Source: Eledone cirrhosa (lineage: Eukaryota). Taken from it: a DNA stretch of 64,000 nt. A model generated the notes under the pieces. It saw only the letters and a program-made list of their open reading frames with translations. It was not told where the DNA came from and searched no databases. The stretch's first letter is position 1. Each line of letters begins with the position of its first letter. Made by a program: the position numbers and the translations under genes. The stretch is taken from positions 94,054,001 through 94,118,000 of the forward strand of contig OZ024744.1 in assembly GCA_964016885.1 (NCBI GenBank), read 5' to 3'. Below, piece by piece: positions 1-12,248 of the stretch.

Positions 1-3000
1 GTTTTTGTCATGAAGCATTTCTTGAAGTTTTATTATGGTTTCAATGTTAGTTTCGGACGAAATAGAGTTTCTCATCTCTGCCTGCTCCTGATAGTTTCCA
101 ACGAAGTATAACTGAAGAAATTGGGGATCCTTTTCTGCCAGAGGCTGAATAGACCCAATCAAGTGTAGATCTGCCCCTGGACCTTGAAAGTTGGCATGAA
201 CCCACATTTCGAGGCAAACTTTGCTCCGAGGGATGTCATCTGAAACGCGGAATTGTAGTGGCGGATATTACGCAGAAACTTCCATGATTCCTCCGTCGTG
301 TTTGTCAACAGGAGTTGCAATGTCTCTGGAGGGTCGTGAATAGGAGGTAGTCTAACTTTACCGCTTGAACAACACATTCCATCTCTCTCCCCTGGCCACT
401 TTTTCGTACGACAAAACTGGCAAGTAGAGGTCATTTCCCCAATTTGAATATCTGCATGAATGGCGTAGCTGGAGGAGGGGTCGTAGTTAAAGGCCTTCAA
501 CAACCATCATGAATTGCAAGTCCTAGAAATGCTACGTAACGATGATCGCCGCTGTTCACTTTACAGAAGTTGGCCACATCGTTGCTCTATGGATTCAGTA
601 TTTCGTGCAGCAGCAGTGGCAGCAGCATCCCAGCTTCGACAAACGGCACGTCGTCCTTTATCCTCTCGAGCGCGAGCGGCAGCATCTTTGTTCCGTCGAA
701 GTTCACACCGACTGTCTTCCTCCTCCGCTCTTGCAGCTGCCGTCTGCACAACATTCTGTGAGAGCCTAATCACAGTCGCATTTACATCTTCGGTGAGACG
801 CCTTCGCTTAGACCTACTTGCATCATTAGATAATCAACCAATGAAAGTTCCTTTCTTGGGAGGCTTTGTTTTTAGAAAATTAACCAGGGAGAATGATACA
901 TAGTGGACAAATAACGTTTAAGTAAGCAAATCTAAACACGGATATAATTGTGAAAAAATATGATAAATCTATGTGGTCTGAGAAAGTGGATATGTTTTGC
1001 AAGATTTTGTGTACCAGTCAAATTTCAGGTTTTAAGTTAGGGGCAATGCAGTGTACGGACTACCTGTGATAAAGGAAATTAAATAGTGTGGCTACAGTGG
1101 TAGGTATATAAGTGTCAGTATGTTGGTTCAGTTCGAACATAGCAATAAGTAAGTACTAACCATTGAAAGGATACAGGCAAAAATGGCCGAAAAATCACAG
1201 CATGATAAACTGGAACCTTATGACCATAAACACATTAACTAAACCTCCTTTAAGGTGACAAATGTTGAAGAAGCATGCATTTCAGAAACATGGGGTAGCT
1301 TATGAGAGTACGCATGTAAAGAAACCTACCACTTGTCAAAAGCCAAAAAAGAAGTGTGATCCTAGGTCAGACTTGACCGATATAAATAGGAGTGATTTCG
1401 CTCAATGAACAACACTCGAGTTGTCTGATTGCTGAGATAATACAAATAAGTGTGACGAAATCTACTGAACACAACTCACTGATGTGTGGTTGGCCAGAGG
1501 TCGCCATTTCGCACTTAATTGAGGAGACAACCGGGTGCAAAAACTAATCAATCATTTGCACAGTTTAGGCATGAGTGTGAAATAGCACAATCCACATACA
1601 GTAGGCGTTAAAATTTACACCTGAGTTAAATCGCGCTTTCTTGGTTAGGAGAGTGAAATGACGCCAAAGTTCGAGGAAAAGAATTTAACTCCCCATTCCG
1701 CACTTAATTGTGGTGCAATTACACGGGAGAGACAACCGGGTGCAAAATTAAATTCAATCATCCTAAAGTTAACTAAACAAACTAAAGTTAAGTCAGAGGG
1801 ATTTAAAAATTCGCTACTCCATTTGTAGGACATGAGTAACCGATGCGTCAACTTTCGTTTAAATTGACTTTTATTTCCAGAAGTTGAAATGCTTTGCTGC
1901 GACCATAATATGAACTTTAAAAGTGGTCCAAAGGGGCTCACTGCCCTCCCTAGGGGGTTCCCTTGCAAAATTCAAGTGATAACAAATGTGTGGTGCTTTA
2001 TCTTATGGCAGGAAATAACCATTTCATTTAGTTTTTGTAAGAATCAAGTATAAACTCCCGAAGTTATGGTGCTTTTTTATTGTGGCAGTTGGAACTTTTA
2101 TAGGTTAATGAACTGGGCTCATTGTCCCCGAGGGGTCCTCTTGCTGAATTGAAATGAAAGTAAATGTGCCTCACTGTATCTTCATCTGTAGTACATGAAT
2201 AACAACTAAGTCGAAACTCATTTTATTGGACTACCAATTATGGAAGCTATGACGCTTTACTGCATTACAATGACGCTTTGCTGCATTCAATAAATGACTC
2301 GCCGGGGTTTACTGCCCCCTGGAGGTCCCCTTTGTTCCGGGTATAGACAAGTGTCTTGAACATCATCTTTAGGCAATGGGTAACCAATATGTCCGGTAAA
2401 GTTAAAATCGAAGGTAAACTTCAAAAGTTATCAGGTACTAATACAGTGTTAATGTGAACTTCAATAGATAAGTCGAAGGGGCTTAGTGACACCCCCATCC
2501 CCGCTCCCCGGGCCCCCTTGATACGTTCAAGTAAAAGTTCATGTGTTCACCTTCCTATATAAGCCATGGGTAACCAATACGTCTCGCTTTGTGAAAACCA
2601 AACACCAACTCAAGCAGTTATGATGTTTTGTTGCATTGATGATATGAACTTCAACATTCATCAAGTCAGTTTACTGCCCCCCAAGGGGTCCCCTACCTGA
2701 ATTTCTGTGCAAGTGCAAGCCTGCAAATTTATTTGTAGGCCATAAGCAAACAAAAGATTAATTTTGGTGAAGATGGGAGGCAAACTGCAGGAATTATGGG
2801 GCCTTTATGCAGTAGTACTGCTGACTCCAAGCGAGAGGCTTAAGGGGGTTATCTGCCCCTGGGGGAGGGGGCACCCACACAATCGATGTACGGAAAAATA
2901 AAATAGCCTACGACGCATAATAGGACTTCAGAAACCTATGTATCAAATTTGGTGCAAATCGGTTGTAAAATGTAGAAATGCATGGGGTTACACAGACAGA

Positions 3001-3029
3001 CAGACAGACAGACATCTGTTTTATATAGA
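1..3029 (-). mobile_element. Helitron copy 1 (5' part; runs off the left edge), with disrupted N-terminal RepHel ORF pieces
   Basis: ORF 159..503 (CQFCRTKKWPGERDGMCCSSGKVRLP..FLRNIRHYNSAFQMTSLG) is the typical Helitron Rep N-terminal zinc-finger region. The 5' end on the minus strand reads A|TCTATATAAAACAGATGTCTGTCTG at 3029. Colinear with 16185-18738. Confidence 0.9.
1930..2990. repeat. Diverged ~180-bp tandem units in the Helitron 5' non-coding region (also at ~17690-18700)
   Basis: A GGGCT..ACTGCCCC..GGGGTCCC-like motif recurs at ~1933, 2114, 2304, 2478, 2668 and 2843. Confidence 0.6.
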
Positions 3030-3306
3030 TGATGAAATACGTAGGATGTAGTCTAGAACAATTATAAAGAGAAAAAGGGGCTAGAGTATCTCTTAGCTGG
3101 AGTTCTTTAAGAGGATAATCCTCTTATATGCTAAGCAAACACACACCATAATGGACGTGTCTCTCATTGAAACATATCAACAACTTAACGATGTTTCTTG
3201 TGTAACCTTTGCTTAAATGCAAAATATTGTCTCATGAAACTATGCCTGCTTAAGTTAGGATTATGTAACAACACACTAGCATTATATATGTATATATGAT
3301 GGCAGG

Positions 3307-3418
3307 GGATTGGCAGTATCGGTAGAGGGTTGGACACCACGGATAGAGTTAAGGCCCTTGCCATTCTGAGTTCAAATCCCGCCGAGGTTAACTTGTGCCA
3401 AAAGTAGAAACAATTATA
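3307..3418 (+). mobile_element. tRNA-derived SINE, internally deleted
   Basis: A-box-like TGGCAGTATCGG, B-box GAGTTCAAATCCC and tail TGTGCCAAAAGTAGAAACAATTAT. Same family as 24410-24595. Confidence 0.7.
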
Positions 3419-3499
3419 TATGTATATAGATTGATAGATATATGTATATATATATATAAAAATATAAATAAAAAAATAAAATATGTATGAAATTTGTAT

Positions 3500-3601
3500 G
3501 AAACCTATGTATGAAATTTGGTGCAAATCGGTTGTAAAATGTAGAAATGTATGCGGTTACACAGACAGACAGACAGACATCTTCTGTTTTATATATATAG
3601 A
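3500..3601 (-). mobile_element. Isolated Helitron 5'-terminal fragment
   Basis: Near-identical to 2931-3029 and 18648-18738, including the (CAGA)n tract and TC terminus. Confidence 0.8.
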
Positions 3602-3678
3602 TTGAAGTAAAAACTAACAGGTGCGTGTGTTTTCATTGGCAACATGACCCTCCCAAAATATAACAAATATATATATAT

Positions 3679-3720
<42 letters not shown>

Positions 3721-4081
3721 ATATGTGTGTGTAAACAAGATTCGTTGTCTTACGGAGTATTAAGAAATTTAAAAATATATTCTCCATTGCCACAATGCAG
3801 ATAACTACAAAACATCTGTGTCGACCTTTTTTCATCTCCAGGAGTAACTTTACGCAATTGCGCTGGGCCCCCTCCAGTGGATGGCCCCAGCGGCGACAGA
3901 TGTAGCAATATATTTGTGCCTTCTGATGAGCTTTGTAGTTTTAAGATGGTTAGATTATTTTTAATTTAATACCTGTATTCCAATTACTTGCACCAAGTTG
4001 ACTTTTATATGTAAAATTGGGGTTTGCTGTGTATTCTAATCTTAAGAAAAGAAAAAAGAGAAAACCATATGCTGTACTTAC

Positions 4082-4204
4082 TCAAAATAAACATCTGAGA
4101 TGTCAAAACTTTTTTCTTCGTCATCATAAATTTCTTCTGATTCTGAAGAAGCTGTACTACCTTCAGCAGACGGTTGGTAGACTTCCATCCACGAATTGTA
4201 ATAC
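4082..4204 (-). CDS. EIF2AK4: GCN2-like eIF2-alpha kinase exon (subdomain IV and start of the kinase insert)
   Basis: tttcag|G..TTTTGA|gtaagt, 123 bp, phase 2-2. Translates (R)YYNSWMEVYQPSAEGSTASSESEEIYDDEEKSFDISDVYF, matching the eIF2a-kinase RYYN(A/S)W.E motif plus acidic insert. Confidence 0.88.
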
Positions 4205-4334
4205 CTGAAATAGTAAAGATTTTTTTATCACTAGCTTTATTTTCAACGCACTGATGCATATGTGTGTATGTGCATATGCATTTGGGTATGTGCATATGCG
4301 TACATTTATATGTATGAGTATATAAATATAAATG

Positions 4335-4757
4335 TGCAAACACAGACACACTCACAAAAATACACATTCAGACATACATTCACGCAAACACACATATACA
4401 TTCAGACACACACACATTCACACAGCACAGACACACGCATACATTCACACAGACACACACATACATTCTCACAACACATACGCATGCATACATTCAGACA
4501 CACACATACATTCACACAGACACACACATACATTCACACAGACTCACACTTACATTCACAGACACACACATACATTCACACAACACACACACACACACAT
4601 ACATTCACAGATGCACACATACATTCACACAACACATACACACATACATTCACTCACAACACATACACACATACATTCACACAACACATACACACATACA
4701 TTCACACAAACACATACACACATTCACACAAACACATACACACATACACACATACAC
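4335..4757. repeat. Compound (CA)/(CACATACATT) microsatellite
   Basis: Low-complexity CA-rich tract; explains the H/T-rich ORFs. Confidence 0.9.
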
Positions 4758-4974
4758 TGCATAACAAATGGAATGCCAGCCGCTATTTTGCTATAGCTTT
4801 TTAACCACCCCCTTCCTTTCTATTACACCCACATACATTCATGCAGGCGTAAAGAGAGAGGAGTAGTATGAGGTAGTCAAACTACTCCTCTCTCTTTATG
4901 TGTTGTGACAGTATCGCAGAAATTTATATAGAGATTTCTAATTGAAACACAGATGATAAATGAATATTATCAAA

Positions 4975-5061
4975 GGTATGACTGAATGGTTAAGGAGCTT
5001 GCTTCGTAATTATTAGATACCAGGTTCAATACCACTGTGTGACATCTTGATGAAATGTCAT
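4975..5061 (+). mobile_element. Degenerate tRNA-derived SINE head
   Basis: TGACTGAATGGTTAAG..GGTTCAATACCACTGTGTGACAT. Paralogous head at 5986-6075. Confidence 0.55.
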
Positions 5062-5962
5062 TTGAGTTAATTTCCTTCCCTTTACACCATTAATGGTTGT
5101 GATCCCACTCTGAGGTATCTTGGGCAAGTATCTTGAGTTACTTTTCCTTCCCTTTACACTATTAATGGCTGTGATCCCTCTATGTGGTGTCTTGGGCAAG
5201 TATCTTGAGTTACTTTTCCTTCCCTTTACACCATTAATGGTTGTGATCCCACTCTGAGGTATCTTGGGCAAGTATCTTGAGTTACTTTTCCTTCCCTTTA
5301 CACCATTAATGGTTGTGATCCCACTCTGAGGTATCTTGGGCAAGTATCTTGAGTTACTTTTCCTTCCCTTTACACCATTAATGACTGTGATCCCTCTATG
5401 CGGTGTCTTGGGCAAGTATCTTGAGTTACTTTACCTTCCCTTTACACCATTAATGACTGTGATCCCTCTATGCGGTGTCTTGGGCAAGTATCTTGAGTTA
5501 CTTTTCCTTCTCTTTACACCATTAATGGCTGTGATCCCTCTATGTGGTGTCTTGGGCAAGTATCTTGAGTTACTTTTCCTTCCCTTTACACCATTAATGG
5601 TTGTGATCCCACTCTGAGGTATCTTGGGCAAGTATCTTGAGTTACTTTTCCTTCCCTTTACACCATTAATGGTTGTGATCCCACTCTGAGGTATCTTGGG
5701 CAAGTATCTTGAGTTACTTTTCCTTCCCTTTACACCATTAATGACTGTGATCCCTCTATGCGGTGTCTTGGGCAAGTATCTTGAGTTACTTTTCCTTCCC
5801 TTTACACCATTAATGACTGTGATCCCTCTATGCGGTGTCTTGGGCAAGTATCTTGAGTTACTTTTCCTTCTCTTTACACCATTAATGGCTGTGATCCCTC
5901 TATGTGGTGTCTTGGGCAAGTATCTTGAGTTACTTTTCTTTCTCTTTACACCATTAATGGCT
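5062..5962. repeat. 72-bp minisatellite, ~12.5 copies, with 360-bp higher-order structure
   Basis: Unit CCATTAATGG(T/C)TGTGATCCC..TCTTGGGCAAGTATCTTGAGTTACTTTTCCTTCCCTTTACA. Variant order B-A-B-B-C-C-A-B-B-C-C-A. Confidence 0.95.
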
Positions 5963-5985
5963 GATAGCTTTACATGTAAATGTAA

Positions 5986-6165
5986 CATGGCTGAATGTTT
6001 TAGAGGTTCACTCTGCCATCATTAGGTCTCAGGTTCAATACCACTGTGTGACATTTTAGGCAAGTGTCATTTACCATAGCTTCAGGGGGACCCGTGTCAT
6101 TTACCATAGCTTCAGGTCAACCCATGTTTTGTGAGTGAAATTGGATTGATATGAAGGAGAACCAT
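5986..6165 (+). mobile_element. Degenerate tRNA-derived SINE
   Basis: TGGCTGAATGTT..GGTTCAATACC B-box followed by a CORE-like TTAGGCAAGTGTCATTT. Confidence 0.55.
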
Positions 6166-6204
6166 TATATATTCTTGAAAGTATTATAAAGAAATTTTCA
6201 ATAT

Positions 6205-6395
6205 TACAAGGGTCAGGCTGAAAAGAGACCAAGATACTCTCATGGAATGATTAAATGAGGTTTATTTTTCAATATAGTCCCTAGAAAAGCAAAATGCACT
6301 TATTAATAAGAGTTGAAATTAATGCATGCAAGATTTTACAGCTCTAGCATCACTCCTTCTTAGTCAGCCTATGAACTTTTCAGCCTACTCTTATA
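6205..6395. mobile_element. Mariner-like MITE
   Basis: Imperfect TIRs TACAAGGGTCAGGCTGAAAAG / CTTTTCAGCCTACTCTTATA with TA ends. Confidence 0.45.
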
Positions 6396-6744
6396 TTCAT
6401 TATTATTTATTTACGGGGTCGATAAAATAAAGTACCAGTAATGCACTGGATAATTGTGGCCTTGTGCCAAAAGTAGAAACAATTATTTATTTATCATTGT
6501 ACCAATGATTAAGAAATTCACTTCAGGTCCTGAGCCTGATCCTAACCCTAACTGTACGAGTAATTCAAAGGGCAAGCCTTGTTACACACAGTGTCAGGCT
6601 GAATCTCCCTGCCCTGAGAATTACATTAAGATCCATTCCAAACATATTGTATCTAAACTATAATAAAGTAAGGAGCGCGGGACTGCGTACGGTTTATAAT
6701 TTTTTATCCCATTAGTAAAATAAGTTGGATTACTTTGAATAAAT

Positions 6745-7150
6745 ATCATCATCATCATCATCATTGTTTAACGTCCATCTTCCACGCTAACATGGGTTTG
6801 GACGGAAATTTTCCCACTTGAGGCAAGATTGGTTGTCTTGCTCGTATAGGACTGTCTGGTGGGTTTTCTACGGCTGGATGCCCTTCTTAACACCAACCAC
6901 GTTTACAGTGTGGACTAGGAGGTTTTTACCGTGTTATCTACACGGCCACATTACAGTGTGGACTGTGTGTTTTTTTGTCGTGACACCTACACAACCTCAT
7001 TTATTTCGGACTGGATGTTGTGGTACCAACATAACTTTACATCGAAAGGGGTGGTGTGGATGGGGTCGGGGTAGTGGGATGGAGGTGTATTTTGGTAAGA
7101 GGTGCCTACTGACTGTAGGTTTCGCTTTGCACTTAGGCAAGGCGGGTCTT
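6745..7150 (-). mobile_element. 3'-terminal fragment of RTE family B (end of ORF, long 3' UTR, (GAT)n tail)
   Basis: Reverse complement of 7130-7150 (AAGACCCGCCTTGCCTAAGT) matches 63979-63998. Contains GTTAAGAAGGGCATCC and the RTE 3' end before (TCA)n. Confidence 0.8.
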
Positions 7151-7504
7151 GAATATTACATAATTTATCTACTAAATTTTGTGGCTGTTGATTAAATATA
7201 TCTTGTTTATTTAAAGATTCACTTCTTTAAAATTTCTGAAATGTCAACACTTCCAGTTGGCCATCGCTTAAATAAACATACTAATTTTCTCCTAATTCAG
7301 TTTATATATAATATCGTCTTTTTTTAATGTATCATGGATTACGTTACTGATTAAATAAGACAGGGTAACGCAACCTTCATTCAATTTCTATGTATTATAT
7401 ATTGTCAATTACGATTTTATTTGATGTATATACCTGCGTATAATATCAATATACACACTACACATGCTAGCAGAAAACCACCTGAAGGGTGGTTTTTCTG
7501 CTAG

Positions 7505-7980
7505 TATACATAAACAAGTTTGACGCTTGTGTGCAAAGTACAATGCTGCATGACAGTGAAAGATGGGCAGCGATTGCAGAGGACATGCGTAGACTGGAGA
7601 GAAATGAAACAACCACGCTTCATTGTAAATGTAAATGTGAGAGAAAGGCAGGACTTGGATAAACTAAGGGAGAAACTGGGTTTAAGAGGAATCTGAAGTG
7701 GTGTGTAGGAGAAAAGATTGCATTGGTACAGACATGTGATGCACATGGATGATGATCGCTGGGTGAAGGAGTGCCAGGAAATCCCAGTGGAAGGAAGCCG
7801 CAGTAGAGGTAAACCAAGAAAGTCCTGGGAAGAGGTGATGAGAGCTGATCTCAAATCACTGAGACTCACAGGGGTGATGATTAACAAAAGCGGTGAGTAG
7901 AAAGATACTGTGCCGAGAATGACCCATCTAACCCATGCAAGCATGGAAAAACAGATATAAAAACGTTTATGATGATGATG
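7505..7980 (+). mobile_element. 5'-truncated, decayed RTE LINE
   Basis: ORF 7718..7900 (HWYRHVMHMDDDRWVKECQEIPVEGSRSRGKPRKSW) and (GAT)n tail. Confidence 0.85.
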
Positions 7981-8085
7981 GAGTCATTTCAATTGACTAA
8001 ATCCCTCTAAGGCAGTGCTGTAGAATGACTGCAGTCTAATGCCTGAAACCATTATAAGGATAAGAGAATAAAAGAGTAGTAATAC

Positions 8086-8210
8086 CTGACAATATTTTCA
8101 TGGTTCAGTCGAGATAGTAGCTTCACTTCTGTTGTGATGTTCTTAAAATGTCTGATGTTTGAATGTATAATCTTAATAGCATAGTGTCTCATATCCATTT
8201 TGTTCTGTAC
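8086..8210 (-). CDS. EIF2AK4: GCN2-like eIF2-alpha kinase exon (subdomains II-IV)
   Basis: ttgcag|GTA..GTCAG|gtatt, 125 bp, phase 0-2. Translates VQNKMDMRHYAIKIIHSNIRHFKNITTEVKLLSRLNHENIVR, closely resembling GCN2 VQNKLDG..YAVKRI..EVTLLSRLHHENIVR. Confidence 0.92.
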
Positions 8211-8420
8211 CTGCAATAAATATATTTATTATTATTAGTATTATTAGTATAATCGAAGGATCAGTTCCAGAAAGCACTGTAAAGGTGTTATTGCATTCAA
8301 TGGAGATTATGTTTTGCAGAATAAATAAATTTTAGTTTCAATATGTTGTGCCATTTTCATTTAAAAAGTTTTTCTAAAGACTTTATTGCCACACCAAGTA
8401 TATATATATATATATATATA

Positions 8421-8690
8421 TAATGTATAATAAACAATACAATATAATTACCTCATTACCAGAGGTTTCCCGAATAAGACGAATACGAAAAACGTCCTCA
8501 TTCGTTCCGTCGGACAAGGCAATTTAAAACGAATGAGGACGTTTTTTGTATTTGTCTTATTCGGGAAACTTCTGGTAATGAGGTAATTATATTGTATTGT
8601 TTATTATACATTAAATTTTGCTCTGGTACTTACATAGAGCACTCTTCACTCCTATGACTTTTTCAATTTTCAACGGAAACTTCAATACAT
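8421..8690. mobile_element. PLE pLTR-like fragment with 86-bp fold-back and degenerate hammerhead, in a (TA)n tract
   Basis: Arms 8421-8506 and 8528-8613. Minus strand reads GCCTTGT-CCGACGG-stemII-GAAAC-CTCTG-GTA-ATGAGGT. Confidence 0.6.
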
Positions 8691-9034
8691 ATATATATAT
8701 ATAAATATATATATAAACAATTATATTTATGAAGTTTTGAGCAAATTATGAATTATTTTGAATGTATGTTAGCTTAAAGTAAACTGATTGAACACAGTTT
8801 TTTTTACTCTGGAAAAATAGTCTTTATAAGTTGAGCATAGAAAACCCTAGAGGTGCGAAAAAAGTGAACAGTGCTGCCTGTGAGACTTGAACTCACATCT
8901 GCCATATGCCGAACAGCTTTGCTACCTATTACACTAAAGCAGGCTGATCAAATTTTTCCTTGATTTTAAGCATTATCTAGATGTAAATAAATGGTTGTAT
9001 TTATAAAGCGTTGAGTGAATTATGAATTTTTAAT

Positions 9035-9035
<1 letters not shown>

Positions 9036-9065
<30 letters not shown>

Positions 9066-11860
9066 CCGTTTTTCGTCCGTTCTTCCATGCTAGCTTGGGT
9101 TAGACGGGTTGTCCTGTTGTGGGCAGTGTCTGGTCGGCTGACCATGCCTTGCTCATACAGGAACTGATTCTGGCTTGATTTCTACAGCTGGATGCCCTTC
9201 CTAACATCAACCTTATTTACAGTGAGTGCTGGGTGCTTTTTCCGTGGCGCCTCCACGACCACTTTACAGTGTGGGCTGGCTGCTTTTTTGCCGTGGCACC
9301 TCCACGACCACCTTGCAGTGAGAGGGTGTGGGGGCATATTGTCTATATGCTTCAGCTTGTACCCATGGGAGGTCGGGTACTCTGTATTACTGTGTGACGC
9401 CAGAGGTCACGGTCGCGTGTCATTGCCTTTGAGAGGTGTAATTGGGTAAGGTCGGCTTTTATCACCTCATCCCAGGTTTTCTTGGGTCTCTCCACTCCAC
9501 GGTTTCCATCAACTTCTAGTGCTCTGCACCTTTTTATGCAGCTGTCATCCTTCATACGCATCACATGTCCATACCAACGCAACCGCCTCTCCTGCACACA
9601 GCATTTGATTCCTCTTATGCTCAGTCTCTCTCTCAATTCATTTATGCTTTGTTGTTCGCATATATTACTATTACACATCCATCGGAGCATGCAGGCTTCG
9701 TTTCTTTCTAATCTACGTAAGTCTTCCACCTTCAGCGCCCAGGTCTCACTACCATGTAACATTGCTGTTCGGATACACGCATCATACGGTCTGCCTTTCA
9801 TTTTGAGGGAGAAGCCTTTTGCAGCTAGCAGTGGCAGTAGTTCCCTGAACTTCTTCCATCCCATTCTTACCCTAGTTATTGTACTTTCTGAACACCTACC
9901 TCCACAGCTAATTTGGTCACCTAGGTAGCAGAAGCTGTCTACTGTTTCTACAGAGCCCTCCCAGAGTTTGGTGGTACTTGATTCTTGTGGCTGTTTGCTG
10001 CTTGCTGTCCCAGCACAGCTGCTACATGTGAAGCCTACATTCTTAGTTAAGCTTCCTGAGATCCCGCTACATCTCTTGTGTAGAATGGAGTTCCTACATA
10101 CACCTTTCCTACATACTGAGCAAGGCCATTTCCCTGAGGCGATCTGGGTTCTGTCTTCTCGTCTACTTACAAGGACCTTAGTCTTTGTCATGTTGACTTT
10201 TAGACCCTTTCTTTCTAGTCCCTGCTTCCATGTTTGGAATTTCTTCTCTAGTTCTACCCTAGATTCAGCTATAAGTGTGAGGTCATCTGCATACAGGAGT
10301 TCCCATGGGCATCCGGTCTTAAACTCCTCTGTTATTGCCTGCAGGACTATGATGAACAGGGGAAGGCTAAGAACAGAGCCCTGGTTGACACCAACCTGTA
10401 CGCTAAATTCCTCGCTATACTCATTGTTAATCCTAACTTTGCTGACTTCTCCCCTATACATGGCTTGTAAACTTTCACAAGCCATTCATCTACTCCTAGT
10501 TTTCTAAGAGCCCACCAGATTACAGCACGTGGAACTCTGTCAAAGGCTTTCTCGAGATCGACGAATGCCAAGTAGAGTGGCTTTTACCTGACACAAACCC
10601 GAACTGTATTTCGTCTAGATCAATTCGCTCTCTGATTAGTTGCGCTATTACTTTTTCTGTGACCTTCATGACCTGGTCAATTAATTTAATGCCTCTATAG
10701 TTTCCCCTATCTAGGGCATCACCTTTACCCTTGTAGCAGTTAATGATGATGATGCTGCTACGCCAGTCCTTCGGAATGACCCCATTCTGTATGACTTGGT
10801 TTACTATCTGGGTGACCAAAGTGTGTCCCACCGTTCCAGATGCTTTCGGCAACTATTTCCGAAGGCCCGGCCGCCTTGCCCGTCTTCATGTCTTTGATTG
10901 CCTTACTTATTATACTACCTTCAACTTGCACTGCTGGTCCTTCTATTGGGTCAATGTGGGGGAGACTGTCTTTCTCCCAATTATTCTCCTCATTTAGTAG
11001 CCTTTCATAGTGACACTTCCAAGCTACCTTCTTATCAGCGTCAGTGATGGCAAGTACACCATCATCATTAAGTACACACTTCTCCCCGACAACATCAGCC
11101 ACAGGTTTCATCTGTCACCTTCAGCAGGTTCGCTTTCAGGAATTCCCACTGTTCCTTTATAGTGTACGACTCTAATTACTCTTCCTTACTATCAAAAGCA
11201 TCAAGTAATATGCTTTTAAATTTATGACTGACTGTGGCGTCCTTTAATTTCCATATTTTTCTCCTGAGGATAGTCCTCTTCTGTTGTCGAATACGTCTCG
11301 TCCTGACTATGAGGTCGCTAATTATGAGTCTATGTTGAGATGTGCATTCTTCATGGGGGAGGGATTTAGTGTTTACAACAGACACTCTGTCATGTCTTCT
11401 GGTAAGGATATAATCTACCTGGCTTGTGTGTTCCCCCGATCTATAGGTGATCAAGTGATTGTCTCATTTTTTGAAGTTAGTGTTACAGATAGTTAGGTTA
11501 TTTGCGTCACAGAATTCCAGCCTTCCTCATTTCTAGTACCAAACCCATAGCCTCCATGGATTCCGTCATAGCCGTCACAATGTTGTCCAACGTGACCATT
11601 TAGGTTGCCAGCAATAATTATATAGTCACTGTCGGTTATTTGGGAGGTAGTGAGCATCAGTGTCTCATAGAATCTGTCTTTTATAGTGCTGGGCAGTCCG
11701 GATTGGGGTGCGTACGCAGATATTACTGTCACCGTAGTTCTATTGAGGACAAGTCTTATTTTAATTATTCTGTCGTTCACTTTCTAAAAATGGATACCTT
11801 TCTTAATATCAACCAATTTACAGAGTGTACTGGGTGCATTTTATCATGGCACCAGCAAAC
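9036..11860 (-). mobile_element. RTE LINE family B, near full-length but frameshifted and internally deleted
   Basis: APE fragments (SAYAPQ, IAGNLNGHVG), RT (FVDLEKAFDRVPR, QGSVLS, LLYADD), RTE C-terminus, long 3' UTR and (GAT)n tail at 9036-9065. Confidence 0.9.
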
Positions 11861-11925
11861 AGGAAGTAAAACAACAATAACTGGAATTTCCTTTAAAATT
11901 ACTCAAAATAAAAAATAATTCTTAC

Positions 11926-12050
11926 TTTTATAACATTTCCAAAACCACCTTGTCCTAAGAATTCAATGACTTCAAATTCATTTTTAAACCGAGGAGTACT
12001 TAAAGCCCATCTATATTGTTGTTTTAATTCTTTTTCTTCATCTTGGCTAT
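11926..12050 (-). CDS. EIF2AK4: GCN2-like eIF2-alpha kinase exon (subdomain I glycine loop)
   Basis: atgtag|ATAG..ATAAAA|gtaag, 125 bp, phase 1-0. Translates SQDEEKELKQQYRWALSTPRFKNEFEVIEFLGQGGFGNVIK (compare GCN2 SRY..EFEEL..LGKGAFGAVIK). Confidence 0.92.
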
Positions 12051-12248
12051 CTACATGTTGAAAAGAAAAGAAACCAAAAATAAAACATACAAATTTTATC
12101 AGAATTTAACCCTTTTATTACTATATTTCTAATTAATTATTTTAAATTTTAATTAATTAATTAAGAATTTGTAAAGTATTTACTAAAATTATAATTTCAT
12201 TAAGGTAGTATTTATAAACATAATGTTCTTATATAAAATGACCATATA

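Noticed and set aside
3915-3990. CTGATGA core in a pLTR-like segment
   Set aside because: No downstream GAAA or stem III could be found.
4005-4367. 120-aa minus-strand ORF overlapping the kinase exon
   Set aside because: Wrong frame. The splice-defined exon 4082-4204 in another frame gives the conserved YYNSWME motif.
5026-5988. Repetitive 24-aa ORFs on both strands
   Set aside because: By-product of the 72-bp tandem repeat; no splice or domain evidence.
8868-8945. tRNA-like sequence on the minus strand
   Set aside because: A/B boxes are degenerate and there is no complete cloverleaf; at best a decayed SINE head, not a tRNA gene.
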